Virus record (IMG/VR): IMGVR_UViG_3300014838_000015
Location: 37,226 to 101,225 of that record
Origin: a virus
Direction: 5' to 3' (one strand)
Length of the DNA: 64,000 bases
Under the pieces are notes generated by a model, which saw only the letters and a program-made list of their open reading frames with translations, ran no database searches and was not told where the DNA came from. This document shows, one piece after another, positions 1 to 10,600 of this stretch (its first letter is position 1; every line of letters begins with the position of its first letter). Position numbers and translations under genes: made by a program.

Positions 1-1
1 C

Positions 2-478
2 CCCGTATTGACTGTTAGAATCAGGTTCAACGAACTGCTCAGGCACCTCATCGTTGTTCGTGGCCCACTTCTCCCACTTTGGAAGATCAAAGTTCATTCC
101 GTACTTGTTGTCGTTCGACGTTGGAAAATTACCGCTCGTGAGCTCAACATCAATCTCACCCGGTAGATTGTTACATGCATACACGTGAATTATGTCGCCG
201 TTAACAGCCGGCGACATGGCTTCGAATGCATCGTGAACAGATGGCGCCCATGAAATGCGACGCGTAAAATCATCCTCAATAACGTAGCCCCCATGACCGA
301 ACATGGGCATAGATGGTCGACGAGGAGTGAACGTGAACGAATCACCCAAATCTTGCCTGCTAAGGTGAAAGAAATTCCATTTAGATTCATCAAAAAACGT
401 TTCTTCATCGGCATCATCATCGCCGGGATCAAGCGATTGTTCGATCAATAGACGAAGGTCACGTATGCTGATCCTCAT
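2..478 (-). CDS. Hypothetical (probable virion/head-internal) protein, runs off the window edge
   Basis: Manual translation from ATG 478 gives MRISIRDLRLLIEQSLDPGDDDADEETFFDESKWNFFHLSRQ..., open to the edge. It is absent from the ORF track because it is partial. TATTTA lies 6 nt upstream. Confidence 0.75.
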   Translation of the reverse strand, partial: MRISIRDLRLLIEQSLDPGDDDADEETFFDESKWNFFHLSRQDLGDSFTFTPRRPSMPMFGHGGYVIEDDFTRRISWAPSVHDAFEAMSPAVNGDIIHVYACNNLPGEIDVELTSGNFPTSNDNKYGMNFDLPKWEKWATNNDEVPEQFVEPDSNSQYG

Positions 479-495
479 GGAGTGTAAATATCAAA

Positions 496-1329
496 TCAAT
501 CAACGTATGACCACAAAAACCCACCAGCGGTGCCACAACCGTTGTAACAAACGCGGCGGACGTTGTCCTCACCGATGCTCGTTGCTTCGCTAGCTATGCG
601 TGCAGTTTCGAACGTTGCAACGAACTCACCCGTCAACGTTCGTTGCACGACGGATCGCTTGTACGCGCTTTCGTGCATGTTTGCTTTGCATGAATCCGAT
701 CTGATGACTGCACGATCGGGTTCGACGTACCTCCACATGAATCCCTTCGATTGCTTGAGGTGACCTTGACAACACCTCACAACGTTGGCACCCTGACACA
801 GTAACATCGCTTCTTTTATGGAAGAATGAACGGCAATCAATTCGCCGTCGAGCGTTAATTGCTCGACGGGTTTGTTTGCTGCTTGACGAACGTCAAGTGG
901 TCGAACCGATCCCATCGAACCTTCACCGCCTGACGAAAAGTTCGATCCCCAAAAACCGTCTCCACCGTGGTGATACGTTCTCAATTCACCTATCAAACGA
1001 ACCTCTTCATCGAACGCAAGTCGTTCATTCAACGTTACAAACACAACGATTCGTTTCAATCCATGCATTGAAGCAATTGCGTCGTGCAGCTTGTTACGGA
1101 CCTTAGAGTTGATGCGGCCACGGTTGCCTTTGCCAACGTACTGTGCTCTGGGAACTTCTTCAGTCGTCCAATCAACGTACGTAAAGAAATACTTTTCAAC
1201 GTCGAGCTCTATCTTACGTAGCTCAACAAGCTGTGTGAGCGAATCATCAGAAAATGACACCCAATCACGTAATTTAACGAACTCAACGTTGCTCAACGTT
1301 TCACTTTTCTTAGCGAAATCAGAAATCAA
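496..1329 (-). CDS. GIY-YIG-type free-standing homing endonuclease with two C-terminal NUMOD1/IENR1-like HTH repeats
   Basis: Nuclease module TYVDW...YVGKGN...R...FDEEVRLI...NFSSGGEG. Two KPVEQLTLDG/RSVVQRTLTG...GF.W.Y repeats. Start codon uncertain. Confidence 0.8.
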   Translation of the reverse strand: MISDFAKKSETLSNVEFVKLRDWVSFSDDSLTQLVELRKIELDVEKYFFTYVDWTTEEVPRAQYVGKGNRGRINSKVRNKLHDAIASMHGLKRIVVFVTLNERLAFDEEVRLIGELRTYHHGGDGFWGSNFSSGGEGSMGSVRPLDVRQAANKPVEQLTLDGELIAVHSSIKEAMLLCQGANVVRCCQGHLKQSKGFMWRYVEPDRAVIRSDSCKANMHESAYKRSVVQRTLTGEFVATFETARIASEATSIGEDNVRRVCYNGCGTAGGFLWSYVD

Positions 1330-2632
1330 GCCTGACGCGGAACGTTAGATCTCTGTCTGGCGACTTTTGAATCGGACGTGAGACCTTTGCGATCGCCAAT
1401 AAATTGTCGTTCGCATCGTAAAGCCCTATCGAACTGATGTACGTAAACGATTGCTGCGTGTCCTCCTGACCAACGTCAATGACAACGATCCTGTTTGAAG
1501 AATCGGTGTACGTTGGATTGGAGGAGTAGTTAAATTCATCTGCTTCCGCTCGACAGAATATCAGCGTCGAATTAATATTCGTTACGTTCTGGAACGTGAT
1601 CGCCGTCTGGCTACCGCTACCCATCCTGCACGATGCGACGTGATCTATGATGTTGTCTAACGATCCACTCACCACAAAATCAGGAATGAACTTCGATGCA
1701 AACTGCGTCTGCGTACCCTTGGATCCCAACACCTGGTTACCAAGCGGTGCCATGGCATCGATGGTACCAGAAACGAACTGGCTGCCACTCGTCACCTTGG
1801 CGAGGTCCAGGACAAGAACGCCACGGTCGTAGAACATCAGACCAACGTTTCTAGTCGTGTTCGCCGAATCGACAACGTTTCCGACCTGACCACCAAACGT
1901 CGACAGCTTGTTCGACGCAGCACCGATGTCGGTGTAGATCGCACTGCCACTACAAGACGTTGAGTACAGGTTTGGAGACGTCACTCCAAAAGTACCGTTA
2001 ATCGTGTTGCCACCCGTGGATGGATTGTTCGCAGAACCTAGGTACGTCTCGACTAGACCTGAAACGTTTCCGGAGTATGGAACTGGAGCCGATGGACTGG
2101 GCGAATAAACGCTGGCTGTCTGAAAAAACCTCATCGCAAACGTCTCACGTTTGATGCTATCGCGAGCGAACAGTCGCTTGAAAGAGATGAACAGAGCAAC
2201 GTCGATCTGATCTGAGGCGTTTGAGCTGTTTAGCGGAGACGAGAACACGTTCGACGCGTTGCCAAGCAATAACTGAGCGAACTGACGATAGACGTCCAAC
2301 TTCTCGCGCATCATGAGGCTAGAACTTGGAAACAGTTCCTTGCCTGCAGAATCGACGCCGGTCTGAGCAGTCAGCTCCGTTGGACCTCCGGGTTGTAGAC
2401 CCATCGTCATGTCAAAGATCGAATTGGCAGTCTGAAGCGTAAAATCCTGATCATAAATTGTTTGAAATATCGACGATGTTACGCCTGGGCCTATTCCCCC
2501 AGTCACAAAAAGTTGATATTTTCTGCGCGAAACTGACCCGCTAATGTCCTCTTGAAGAACGTCCACCAGTTGGTTCAAAAAACTTCGTGCAGTCTTTATG
2601 TCTGCAGGAAGTATCTCTTTAAATGTCGCCAT
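1319..2632 (-). CDS. Virion structural protein (tail/baseplate-associated)
   Basis: C-terminal FCRAEADEFNYSSNPTY...TYISSIGLYDANDNLLAIAKVSRP, a motif typical of huge-phage structural proteins and similar to tail-fibre attachment domains. Ser/Thr/Gly-rich. Confidence 0.65.
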   Translation of the reverse strand: MATFKEILPADIKTARSFLNQLVDVLQEDISGSVSRRKYQLFVTGGIGPGVTSSIFQTIYDQDFTLQTANSIFDMTMGLQPGGPTELTAQTGVDSAGKELFPSSSLMMREKLDVYRQFAQLLLGNASNVFSSPLNSSNASDQIDVALFISFKRLFARDSIKRETFAMRFFQTASVYSPSPSAPVPYSGNVSGLVETYLGSANNPSTGGNTINGTFGVTSPNLYSTSCSGSAIYTDIGAASNKLSTFGGQVGNVVDSANTTRNVGLMFYDRGVLVLDLAKVTSGSQFVSGTIDAMAPLGNQVLGSKGTQTQFASKFIPDFVVSGSLDNIIDHVASCRMGSGSQTAITFQNVTNINSTLIFCRAEADEFNYSSNPTYTDSSNRIVVIDVGQEDTQQSFTYISSIGLYDANDNLLAIAKVSRPIQKSPDRDLTFRVRLDF

Positions 2633-3677
2633 ATACTACATTCTCCGTTGTTTTGTTCTGTTCTTTCAATGGATACCCTGGTTCATGAACGAAGTACGAC
2701 ACAGCGTTGGACGCAGATCGCAATTGTTCAACCAACACGTCATATGTATGCTGTTTCACTACCTTACCCCACTGTAAATCTGTCAGCCTGAACAGCTTAA
2801 ATCCTTCGTGTTGCTCAAACCACTTCATCGTTGCAACATCATTCTTCATAGTTACTCTGATTTTATCATTAATACGTTCTTCACCCATCAACCCGTGCCA
2901 ATATACACCATCAACCTGAATGTAAAGATCGAGCGATTTGACGTAAAAGTCAATTGAATGACGTGCAATCCAGCTCTGCGTTTTTATGTCATCAACTCCA
3001 AACGTGCTACTCAAAAACTTACCAACATCACGTTCAGGTTTTGAAACGAACAATCGACCCTCAGCAATCAACGTCTCTCGACGTTTTCTATTCGATTCAA
3101 CGTAATCGATCTTACTCTTGACATTTGCCGACTTAAAAGGATTATCAACGCCGTAATTTTTTAACCACGTTACAATTCTTTTGTTTAAAACACTTTTCAA
3201 TCCTGACGGTGATGACACACCGTATTTTTTAAATGAATTACTTCTACGTTTTTCTAAAACAACGGAAGAACGCATTGGATGCTTTACACCATAACGTTCA
3301 AGCATCGTTTTTTCATATATTGGCCTAAGAACCGGCGATCCAAGAGAACCGGCGGATCTAAACCTTTCGATCGTCGTTGCTACGCACTTATCCCTAATGA
3401 CCTTCAACTTCCATGGATGATCAACGCCGTACAACTCAAGGCACGTTTCCCTACACTTTTGTTGAACTTCGTTAGATATTGCTTTTTGTATATCAGATAA
3501 TCTTTTCCGTCGCGTGGGACAGGCATACGTACACTTCTGAGAACAGTACAACGCTTTTGTCTTTTTATGCGCAATGAATTCATTACCACAAAAATCACAC
3601 TTGGCGCATAGAACGGTCTTCGTACGTCGCCTTCCCAATGAATCATTCACCTGCAAACGCTCAACGTTGACTAGCAT
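2619..3677 (-). CDS. Homing endonuclease with Vsr/DUF559-like nuclease, Zn finger and about five T-L-E-x-Y-G-V-x-x-P repeats
   Basis: N-terminal CDFC...YCSQKC; ~23-aa repeats (TCLELYGVDHP, TMLERYGVKHP, SFKKYGVSSP, TWLKNYGVDNP); C-terminal SKPE...IDFY...IQVDGVYWHG. ATG 3677 is 7 nt after TAGAAT. Confidence 0.8.
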   Translation of the reverse strand: MLVNVERLQVNDSLGRRRTKTVLCAKCDFCGNEFIAHKKTKALYCSQKCTYACPTRRKRLSDIQKAISNEVQQKCRETCLELYGVDHPWKLKVIRDKCVATTIERFRSAGSLGSPVLRPIYEKTMLERYGVKHPMRSSVVLEKRRSNSFKKYGVSSPSGLKSVLNKRIVTWLKNYGVDNPFKSANVKSKIDYVESNRKRRETLIAEGRLFVSKPERDVGKFLSSTFGVDDIKTQSWIARHSIDFYVKSLDLYIQVDGVYWHGLMGEERINDKIRVTMKNDVATMKWFEQHEGFKLFRLTDLQWGKVVKQHTYDVLVEQLRSASNAVSYFVHEPGYPLKEQNKTTENVVYGDI

Positions 3678-3726
3678 CAATCAGATTCTATACATTGTTC
3701 AACAATCTTACGCTAAATGCACGTTT

Positions 3727-3909
3727 CTATTTCGCTCGTACAACGTTTGGCCTCGTCGGCGCCTCCAACGCAGCAACGTACTCACTAATCAACTCGTGTA
3801 GTCTGATCGACTCCCTGGTCCTGTTGATCCTAACGCCGCAGAACACACACCTATCGTTGTCAACGGAATCCCTCCATTCCAGGAGAGCGTTGAGAAGTTC
3901 CTTGTCCAT
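3727..3909 (-). CDS. Small hypothetical protein (CxxC)
   Basis: 60-aa ORF co-oriented with its neighbours, with purine-rich GGGGAGAAAGG upstream. Confidence 0.55.
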   Translation of the reverse strand: MDKELLNALLEWRDSVDNDRCVFCGVRINRTRESIRLHELISEYVAALEAPTRPNVVRAK

Positions 3910-4016
3910 GTTCGAACGCCTTTCTCCCCGCAGTGCGAAGTGAAGCCAACGTTCTTAACTATCGTTGAATGTAATATAAATGAATGTTACAACTATGAAA
4001 CAATTTGTGCTAGAGC

Positions 4017-4733
4017 TCAGAGGTTCTGCTGAATGACGATGCCGATATCCTGTACGGAGCCGCTCTGAACGCCTGTCACCTTCATGTATGCCTTGATCAC
4101 CGTCTTATCCGCCGTCGTCCCATACACCTGGAACGTTGCATTTGACATGCTCTTGACAGAGAGCGTGAACTGCACTGACGAACCACCGAACGAGTTCTCA
4201 GTCGGAGATCGCGTCAGAACATACGTTGCTCGTTGGTTGCCATCAATGTTCTCTGGCGTCTGCTGCATGATCTGCACAAACAGGTTTGGCACGTCGATCA
4301 CAAACGTCTGATCGCGAAGTTCAACGTCTATAGACGTTTCATTCTGTATCGTCTGCTGCACTGTGATAGTAGCTGTCTGTTGCGTTTGGATTCCAAGGGT
4401 CACTAGACCATTGAGACCATCGACGTTCGCATCACCCGAAAGCGCAAGGTTCGGCATATAAAGCAGGTTTGGATTAGAAACGGAGATTAGCTTGTACTTC
4501 TGAGCGATCGCTTGGTTTGTTAGGGCTTCAAAGATCGGTGTATTTTTCTCCAACTTTTCGGCGCCGACCGTACGACCATATTTGGTGATGACAGAATAAT
4601 TGACTTCATCATCGCCTGCCGCCCATTTATGAACAGAAAAAGATCCATCGTTGCGTGCTAAAAACTGTCTGCCAACGTCCGTGAGGACTGCATCAAGAAT
4701 AATGTTGTTGGTTGAATTATCGAGAAATCCTAT
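4017..4733 (-). CDS. Conserved virion structural protein (G-x-L-D-N...D-x-x-L-T-x-x-G-R family); apparent start codon is ATA
   Basis: The frame stays open 60 codons upstream of the track's TTG start: (I)GFLDNSTNNIILDAVLTDVGRQFLARNDGSFSVHKWAAGDDEVNY. This matches the N-terminus of the in-window paralog at 15446 (MGGILDNKSRVLDTILTLEGRRQL). Confidence 0.75.
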   Translation of the reverse strand: MGFLDNSTNNIILDAVLTDVGRQFLARNDGSFSVHKWAAGDDEVNYSVITKYGRTVGAEKLEKNTPIFEALTNQAIAQKYKLISVSNPNLLYMPNLALSGDANVDGLNGLVTLGIQTQQTATITVQQTIQNETSIDVELRDQTFVIDVPNLFVQIMQQTPENIDGNQRATYVLTRSPTENSFGGSSVQFTLSVKSMSNATFQVYGTTADKTVIKAYMKVTGVQSGSVQDIGIVIQQNL

Positions 4734-4751
4734 TTTACACGTAATTTCTTT

Positions 4752-5705
4752 CTACGGTAGATTACCGCCTTCACGAGAATACCTCCATACGTATCCAGCG
4801 CTTGTCTTTGTTAGGCCTGATGCAGCGTGAGAAATAGCACAACCTGTAACACCAACGAAATGTGCTGCCTTATTGATTGAAGAGAACGTTCTCAACAAGT
4901 TTCCGTTCTTATCGAACATTTCAACCGGTTTAGATGAAATTTCAGACAAAACCTCCAATCTTTTTGCTAAAAGGTTTTCACGTCTGTTTGCTCGACCAAG
5001 AATTTCTTTCATTCCATTTTTCATCAAACCGTTTACAATTGCTCGCTTGTGTTCTTCCGTAAGTTTCCTTCCGGTGAGCTTCTTCCTTATCATTTCACGT
5101 TGTTCTTCAGGAATCACCTTGCCTTTCTGCGACGCAGATAACCTTTCAAGGTGTTGTTGAGAACGATTCTTCGAATACTCGCTTTTCTTTGCTCGCGTTT
5201 GGTCAGAATCCTTGACACCGGTGTGAACAACGCTTTGTTTAACACGTGTTTCTTCTGACGCTTGCAAACCTAAGTGAGACTCACGCATTGCCCTTCTAGT
5301 TTCATCGCTTGGTATCCAACCAATTCTTGCTTTGCTGGCCCGTTTTTTCGATTCATCGTTCCACTTCAATCCTAACGTTCCATCGCCGCCCTTCGTCATA
5401 TTATAACCACTTTGAGGATGCTCAACAAAGTATGTCTTCAATTCAGCGATGAGCCTAACATCAGCGTCCTTCAATGATTTAGAGTCTACGTGAGTTTCTA
5501 GAACGCTTCGTTCAAATGCATCAATACCGTACTTCCTTATCGCACGGTGAATTAAACACATTGATCTCTTTTTAAACGCATCATTAATGTGACCGTTCCA
5601 ACGCTCATCAATGGTCGTAGCAGTTATTCCCACATACCCCTTCCCATTCACACGGTTCCTGATGAGGTACACCTTTCCATCGATCGCTTTACCATCATCG
5701 ATCAT
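4752..5705 (-). CDS. GIY-YIG homing endonuclease with NUMOD3 repeats and C-terminal NUMOD1 HTH
   Basis: KVYLIRNRVNGKGYVGIT...RWNGH...GYNMTKGGDG; repeated SDETRRAMRESH/SEETRVKQS motifs; KPVEMFDKNG...AGYVWRY. Confidence 0.88.
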   Translation of the reverse strand: MIDDGKAIDGKVYLIRNRVNGKGYVGITATTIDERWNGHINDAFKKRSMCLIHRAIRKYGIDAFERSVLETHVDSKSLKDADVRLIAELKTYFVEHPQSGYNMTKGGDGTLGLKWNDESKKRASKARIGWIPSDETRRAMRESHLGLQASEETRVKQSVVHTGVKDSDQTRAKKSEYSKNRSQQHLERLSASQKGKVIPEEQREMIRKKLTGRKLTEEHKRAIVNGLMKNGMKEILGRANRRENLLAKRLEVLSEISSKPVEMFDKNGNLLRTFSSINKAAHFVGVTGCAISHAASGLTKTSAGYVWRYSREGGNLP

Positions 5706-5723
5706 CGTTAAATTCTACACCGT

Positions 5724-7682
5724 TCACGCTGAACCGTTCTGAACGGCTTTGTTGTTCCTCTTTCTACCCAACTGCACCTGCGTCGTTGCCAATGGTTGTG
5801 TACCAGCAGGTAGCTGATCGTCGATAGTAATATTGATCGTTGCCGCCTTACCGTTATCAACGTTGATGAATTGTAGCTGGTAGCTCCCGCCCTTCTGCTT
5901 CGTCGCCACGACCTGATCAACCTTGTTCTGATCATCATAAACGTAATAATATTCGGGATTGAAGTAAAGCTTCACGTTCGTCGAGCTGGGACCGTTTGCC
6001 TTGATCGTGTTGACGAACAATTCACCGTCGAGGTACAGGTTCGGGTACTGTTTCGGGGCACCCAAGTGACTCACGTGCTTCTTGACGAGCACGTTCTTGA
6101 AAGCATCAAACCACACAACGTACTGCGCCGAGAGGCAACTGGAGAGCCCGTGTGCATCTACGCAAGACACGCTGTAAATAAAGCCACGTTCCTCCTTCGT
6201 CTGAGTAAGCCAATCAAAATCATCATCAACGTAGTATTGAGCAGGTGACGTAAGGTACTCAACCAGCGAAGGATCTGGTTGTTCGTTGTCAGGAAACTTA
6301 ACGTCCGAATCATCGAAATTGTAGTTCTTCTGCAATGCAAACGGTTGTTTGACGCTTGAACGTCTGAACACCTGAAACTGCTTGATGTCCTGCTGCGACC
6401 ACACCGGAAATGCCCACGTCACCGTAAGCTTGTTCGTCTCGTAGTTCCAAATAAAATCAACGTCGCCAGGAGGTGGAGGCGCATCGAGCTTCGTGGTGCT
6501 AACGTACACCTTGTTCGATGGTTTGCTGCTCACGAGGACCTTGATCGTTGCAACGTCACCGTTGCTATCATCGATCGCTGGCATCGTCAACAATCCTATT
6601 GATCTGATAGTGTAGCAGTAGTTTGCGTGGAACTTCACAGCAAAATCTGCGGTCGTGGCGACGTTCGGACTGTCGATGACAATCGGTGCCATCTTGATCG
6701 TGCTACCGTCCTGTAGAACCTCGTACTTATCAATAATGAACCCAACGATCTCTGTGCCATACTTCTCGTGGTGAAGCGCTGTTTTCTGTCTCTTCACGTC
6801 GATGTATGGTATGAACGTCTTATAATCGCTTTCGCACACCTGCGTTGAAAACTTGATCGACGATTGCTTCGCTGATTTTGCATACCCGTGAATGTTCGAT
6901 ATTTCGTTTGCCAACGTTGCCGTTGGATCGAACGCAAGGTTGTTGGCCATATCCTCAAGCAACTTTGAATTCACCTGCGTATTGACAGCAACGTTCTTCA
7001 ATCCCTCGAAGTAACCATTGACGAACCTTTTCTTCTTCGATTTTGGGTGCGTTGTAGGCGCAGAAGTTCTTCCAGCCGACGTTGGACTGTAAAATTGCGC
7101 GTTACCTGATTTGTCTGGTTGCGTTAAAGCGCGATAGACGAAGTGAGGTTTGATGCTGTTTGGTAGAGACGAGTTCAATCGTTGAGCAGAATGGTACGAA
7201 CTTGCGTTGTCGTTGTGTTCGTTCTCGAGCGTTTGCATTGCCAACGTTCCGGACACGATGTTGAATGCTTTTGTTCCTATGTCGCCATCGTGAAAGCTGA
7301 TGGCGACGAAGTTGTTTCCAGAAAAGAAATCTTCATCAACAACCTTATCGATGTTATCAAGTATCAACGAACCATTTTGCATACCTGTTATTCGCGTTGA
7401 ATTATTACGTTGAGCTAATGCACTAACGGTGTTGCCAACGTCTGCAATCTTGGGAGGCGAAAATTTGAAGTCTACCTCCCGAGGAACACGCGTCATTGAC
7501 CATTGAATGAAGCTCGAATCTATCAATGCACCAGGTCTAGAAAGCGCGCGAGCAGGAACACCTCCAGTATCATTGATGCACTCATCAGGAGTAAAAAAAT
7601 TGTACGCAAACGTTGCGGTAAAATTCCTCACCTGAGGAACGTCTACGGCATACACAAGTTTCGAAGGTTGAGAAATTGTCAT
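5724..7682 (-). CDS. Large virion structural protein with beta-rich FN3/Ig-like C-terminal half
   Basis: 652-aa ORF in an overlap-coupled operon; PPPPGDVDF...LTVTWAFP...QFQVFRRS pattern. Confidence 0.55.
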   Translation of the reverse strand: MTISQPSKLVYAVDVPQVRNFTATFAYNFFTPDECINDTGGVPARALSRPGALIDSSFIQWSMTRVPREVDFKFSPPKIADVGNTVSALAQRNNSTRITGMQNGSLILDNIDKVVDEDFFSGNNFVAISFHDGDIGTKAFNIVSGTLAMQTLENEHNDNASSYHSAQRLNSSLPNSIKPHFVYRALTQPDKSGNAQFYSPTSAGRTSAPTTHPKSKKKRFVNGYFEGLKNVAVNTQVNSKLLEDMANNLAFDPTATLANEISNIHGYAKSAKQSSIKFSTQVCESDYKTFIPYIDVKRQKTALHHEKYGTEIVGFIIDKYEVLQDGSTIKMAPIVIDSPNVATTADFAVKFHANYCYTIRSIGLLTMPAIDDSNGDVATIKVLVSSKPSNKVYVSTTKLDAPPPPGDVDFIWNYETNKLTVTWAFPVWSQQDIKQFQVFRRSSVKQPFALQKNYNFDDSDVKFPDNEQPDPSLVEYLTSPAQYYVDDDFDWLTQTKEERGFIYSVSCVDAHGLSSCLSAQYVVWFDAFKNVLVKKHVSHLGAPKQYPNLYLDGELFVNTIKANGPSSTNVKLYFNPEYYYVYDDQNKVDQVVATKQKGGSYQLQFINVDNGKAATINITIDDQLPAGTQPLATTQVQLGRKRNNKAVQNGSA

Positions 7683-10600
7683 GTGCCCTCATCAAACGTT
7701 TCAATTGTGATGAAGTATTTGTCGGCTGTTACATCGCCTTGATTCGTATCACGATCCCTATACTTCCACGAATTAACGTTCGGAGATGATCTATTTTGAA
7801 TGAATGATCTGCCTCCAGGCGTAATTTGATTCGTGCCAATTTGCGTTGTGCTCGACAACGCAACATCGTTTTCAGTTGCAGGAACTACATCGCCATTTTT
7901 AATCATCAAGTTAAGTGCTTGTCGACCAAACGGTGTTGCTGTCGTACGTGCAACATCAATGTCGAATGCTGTTGGATCAACAACAACGTTGAAAATACGA
8001 TCGAATTGCTTTGGATTGATGAGTTTTTGATTCACGGCTAAAGGACTGGATATCGTTGACATGGTGTTTGACAAGCTACTGATGGTGCGTAGTGTTTCTG
8101 CAACAACTGGAGCGTTTCTTGATGAGATTGTGCTAAGGTTGTTTCCAACATTTCCTGTGACGGTCACCTGTTGCAACGTTTTTATCGGAACGTTTGCAGA
8201 TTGTATGTTCTTCAATCTTGATGACAAAGAAACGTTACCCGCTATACCAGAAGGATTAGACAATTGAGATTGCGTTATTGATAACGGTGAAACACTACCT
8301 TGTAATATTGATGTTGCAGTCGGTCGAACGTTCGTTGTTGAAAACATAACACCGCCAGTTACGTTCGACTGACTTTGCGTAGACGTTGATTTTTGCTTCA
8401 CAACGTCTGAAACGTGTTGCATGGAATGTTCAAGCAACGTTTTTACGAGCGTTTGATCGACCGGTTGCATTGAATCTACCATGTCAAAATCAGATTCTGC
8501 AACGCTCAATCCTGTCATCAAATGAATGTACGCCTCAAGAAGTTGACTAACAATGTGATTATTTAAAATTGATGCCTTCTGATTCACAGTTAAAAATGAA
8601 TATGAATCATCATCAAACGCAACTCTAGCATTTTTTATTCCATCAGCGCCAGCAACAACAGATGACGCATATTCTATTCCATTCGTTATTGCAGTTGACG
8701 TGCTTATGTCTACGTTTTGACTAAAATTCAACGTTGGAATCGAATTCACGATGTCTGACAACGATGGTTTTTGAGGAATCGGTAACCATTGTGACGTAGA
8801 AACCTTCACGGGGAACCTCGACAACTCAAACATAAACTTCAATGGTTTGTAAACGATGTCGCTATTGATCATATCAACCTTATAAACACAAACATTTACT
8901 ATGTCATTTCGTCTATTTTCAAATGATGCACGTCCTTGTTTTTGAATGTTAACTTTTTGCTTGATACGTTGCGTAAATCCTAAAGGAATTCCAACAGAAA
9001 GTATTCTCTTGTTCGTTCCTCTGTTTGATGCAAACTCATCCTGTCCAAGGTAACCAAGCACTGCATCATGTGTCGCTTGAGATATTTGAGACTCATCAAG
9101 TATTGTAATTTCTTCAAAGTTGTTTGCATCACTTGGACTGCTAGGTTGCTTCGTTCCCGACGTCTCGCTGGTTGCAGCTAGCAAATTCTGAACAGACGCA
9201 GCCAAAAGCATGATTTGTTGCTCAGAAAACAGCATCTGCATCATTTGATTATCGTTATTAAGAATGCCATAAATTTCTAACATTTTAGAATTAACGTCGG
9301 AAGAATTCAAGTAATTGCTAACACCGGCTAGCGATGCTTTGAGCGTTGATAACGTATTTGTAACAGTTAATACCAATTGTTGAACTCTTGCATCTTCACC
9401 ATTTACACGTTGCATAACTTCATTGATGGAATTTTTGTGATTTATTGAATTCGTTGAAATAATGTAATTCACGGTGCTAGACGTTATGTTTCCAACGCTT
9501 TTTGTAGTACCAACGATGCTTTGACTACCATATTTTGCAATCATTGAAATGATTAAATCAAACGCAACCATCATGATGCTAGTGTCAATGTAACCGTTAA
9601 ACAACGTATATGAACCCGTGATTGCGCCGCTATCAACGCGTAATTGTGATAAAATTTTACCCATCATCTGCATGACCCACGTAACCAACTGCGATCTCTG
9701 TCTCAACGCAGTTTCAAATCCGTTAGCAGTCGTTGCAAACGTAATGCCCTGTCTCTCGTTCAACGTTAGCGATGATTTTGACGTTGGTATTGTTGCTAGC
9801 AATGAATTTAATATAACGTCAACCAACGTATCCATCAACGGCGTGTTTTCAAAAGCAATTTCGTTAGAAACCATGGATGAAACGCTGGTGGCGACTTTGG
9901 CGTTCGACAATGGCGTTGTGATATTAGAAACATTTGACATGTTGTTAACATACGTAATATTTTCACCGTAACTTCTTGATATCAATGTCATTATGTACAC
10001 AAATAACGACGATTTAAGATCGGGATAATAAAATGCATGATGAAACACTGCAGCCAATTTATCAGTTTTTAACATCGCAGACGTTTCATTTGTTGAATCA
10101 AGAAGTTGATTACTCAACAACGTGATCAATTTGCCGGCTGTCATCAAATCCTGTTGAGAAACATTTGTTGACGTACTAACATAATCTAATGGATTTGCCA
10201 ATAAATTTAATTTATCTGTTATGATATTAAATGAATTAATTGAATTTTGAAGTGTAGTGACAAATGTATCAATGTTTTTTGTGTCAAACGACGTTCCATT
10301 CACTTGTAAAACTTGATCAAAGAAATAATCTCCGCCAGGAGACAATGTACCCGTATCGCCTTCAACGTACTTTGATTCAAAAGTAAGAACGCCTGTGGCA
10401 CCTGCAACCTGTTGACCAATCGATACTAGCGAATTTATTTGTTGCGTTGGAAAATCAGTAATATTGTTACCAAAATTGCCAATGATGCTATCGAATATAG
10501 TTGAATTAGCAAACGTTGGAACAACTGTAAAGTTATAATATTTGTTTAACGTCTGTTGAACAGTTTTTAATGCTAACCCATTTGAATACCTATATTCTGT

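Noticed and set aside
190-432. 80-aa ORF in the track
   Set aside because: Wrong frame. The overlapping frame from ATG 478 is longer, open to the window edge, and has a promoter motif and a shared N-terminal signal.
4731-5723. Group I intron around the GIY-YIG gene
   Set aside because: Only 18 nt upstream and about 20 nt downstream are non-coding. There is no room for, or sign of, a P3-P9 core, and no terminal G before GGA.
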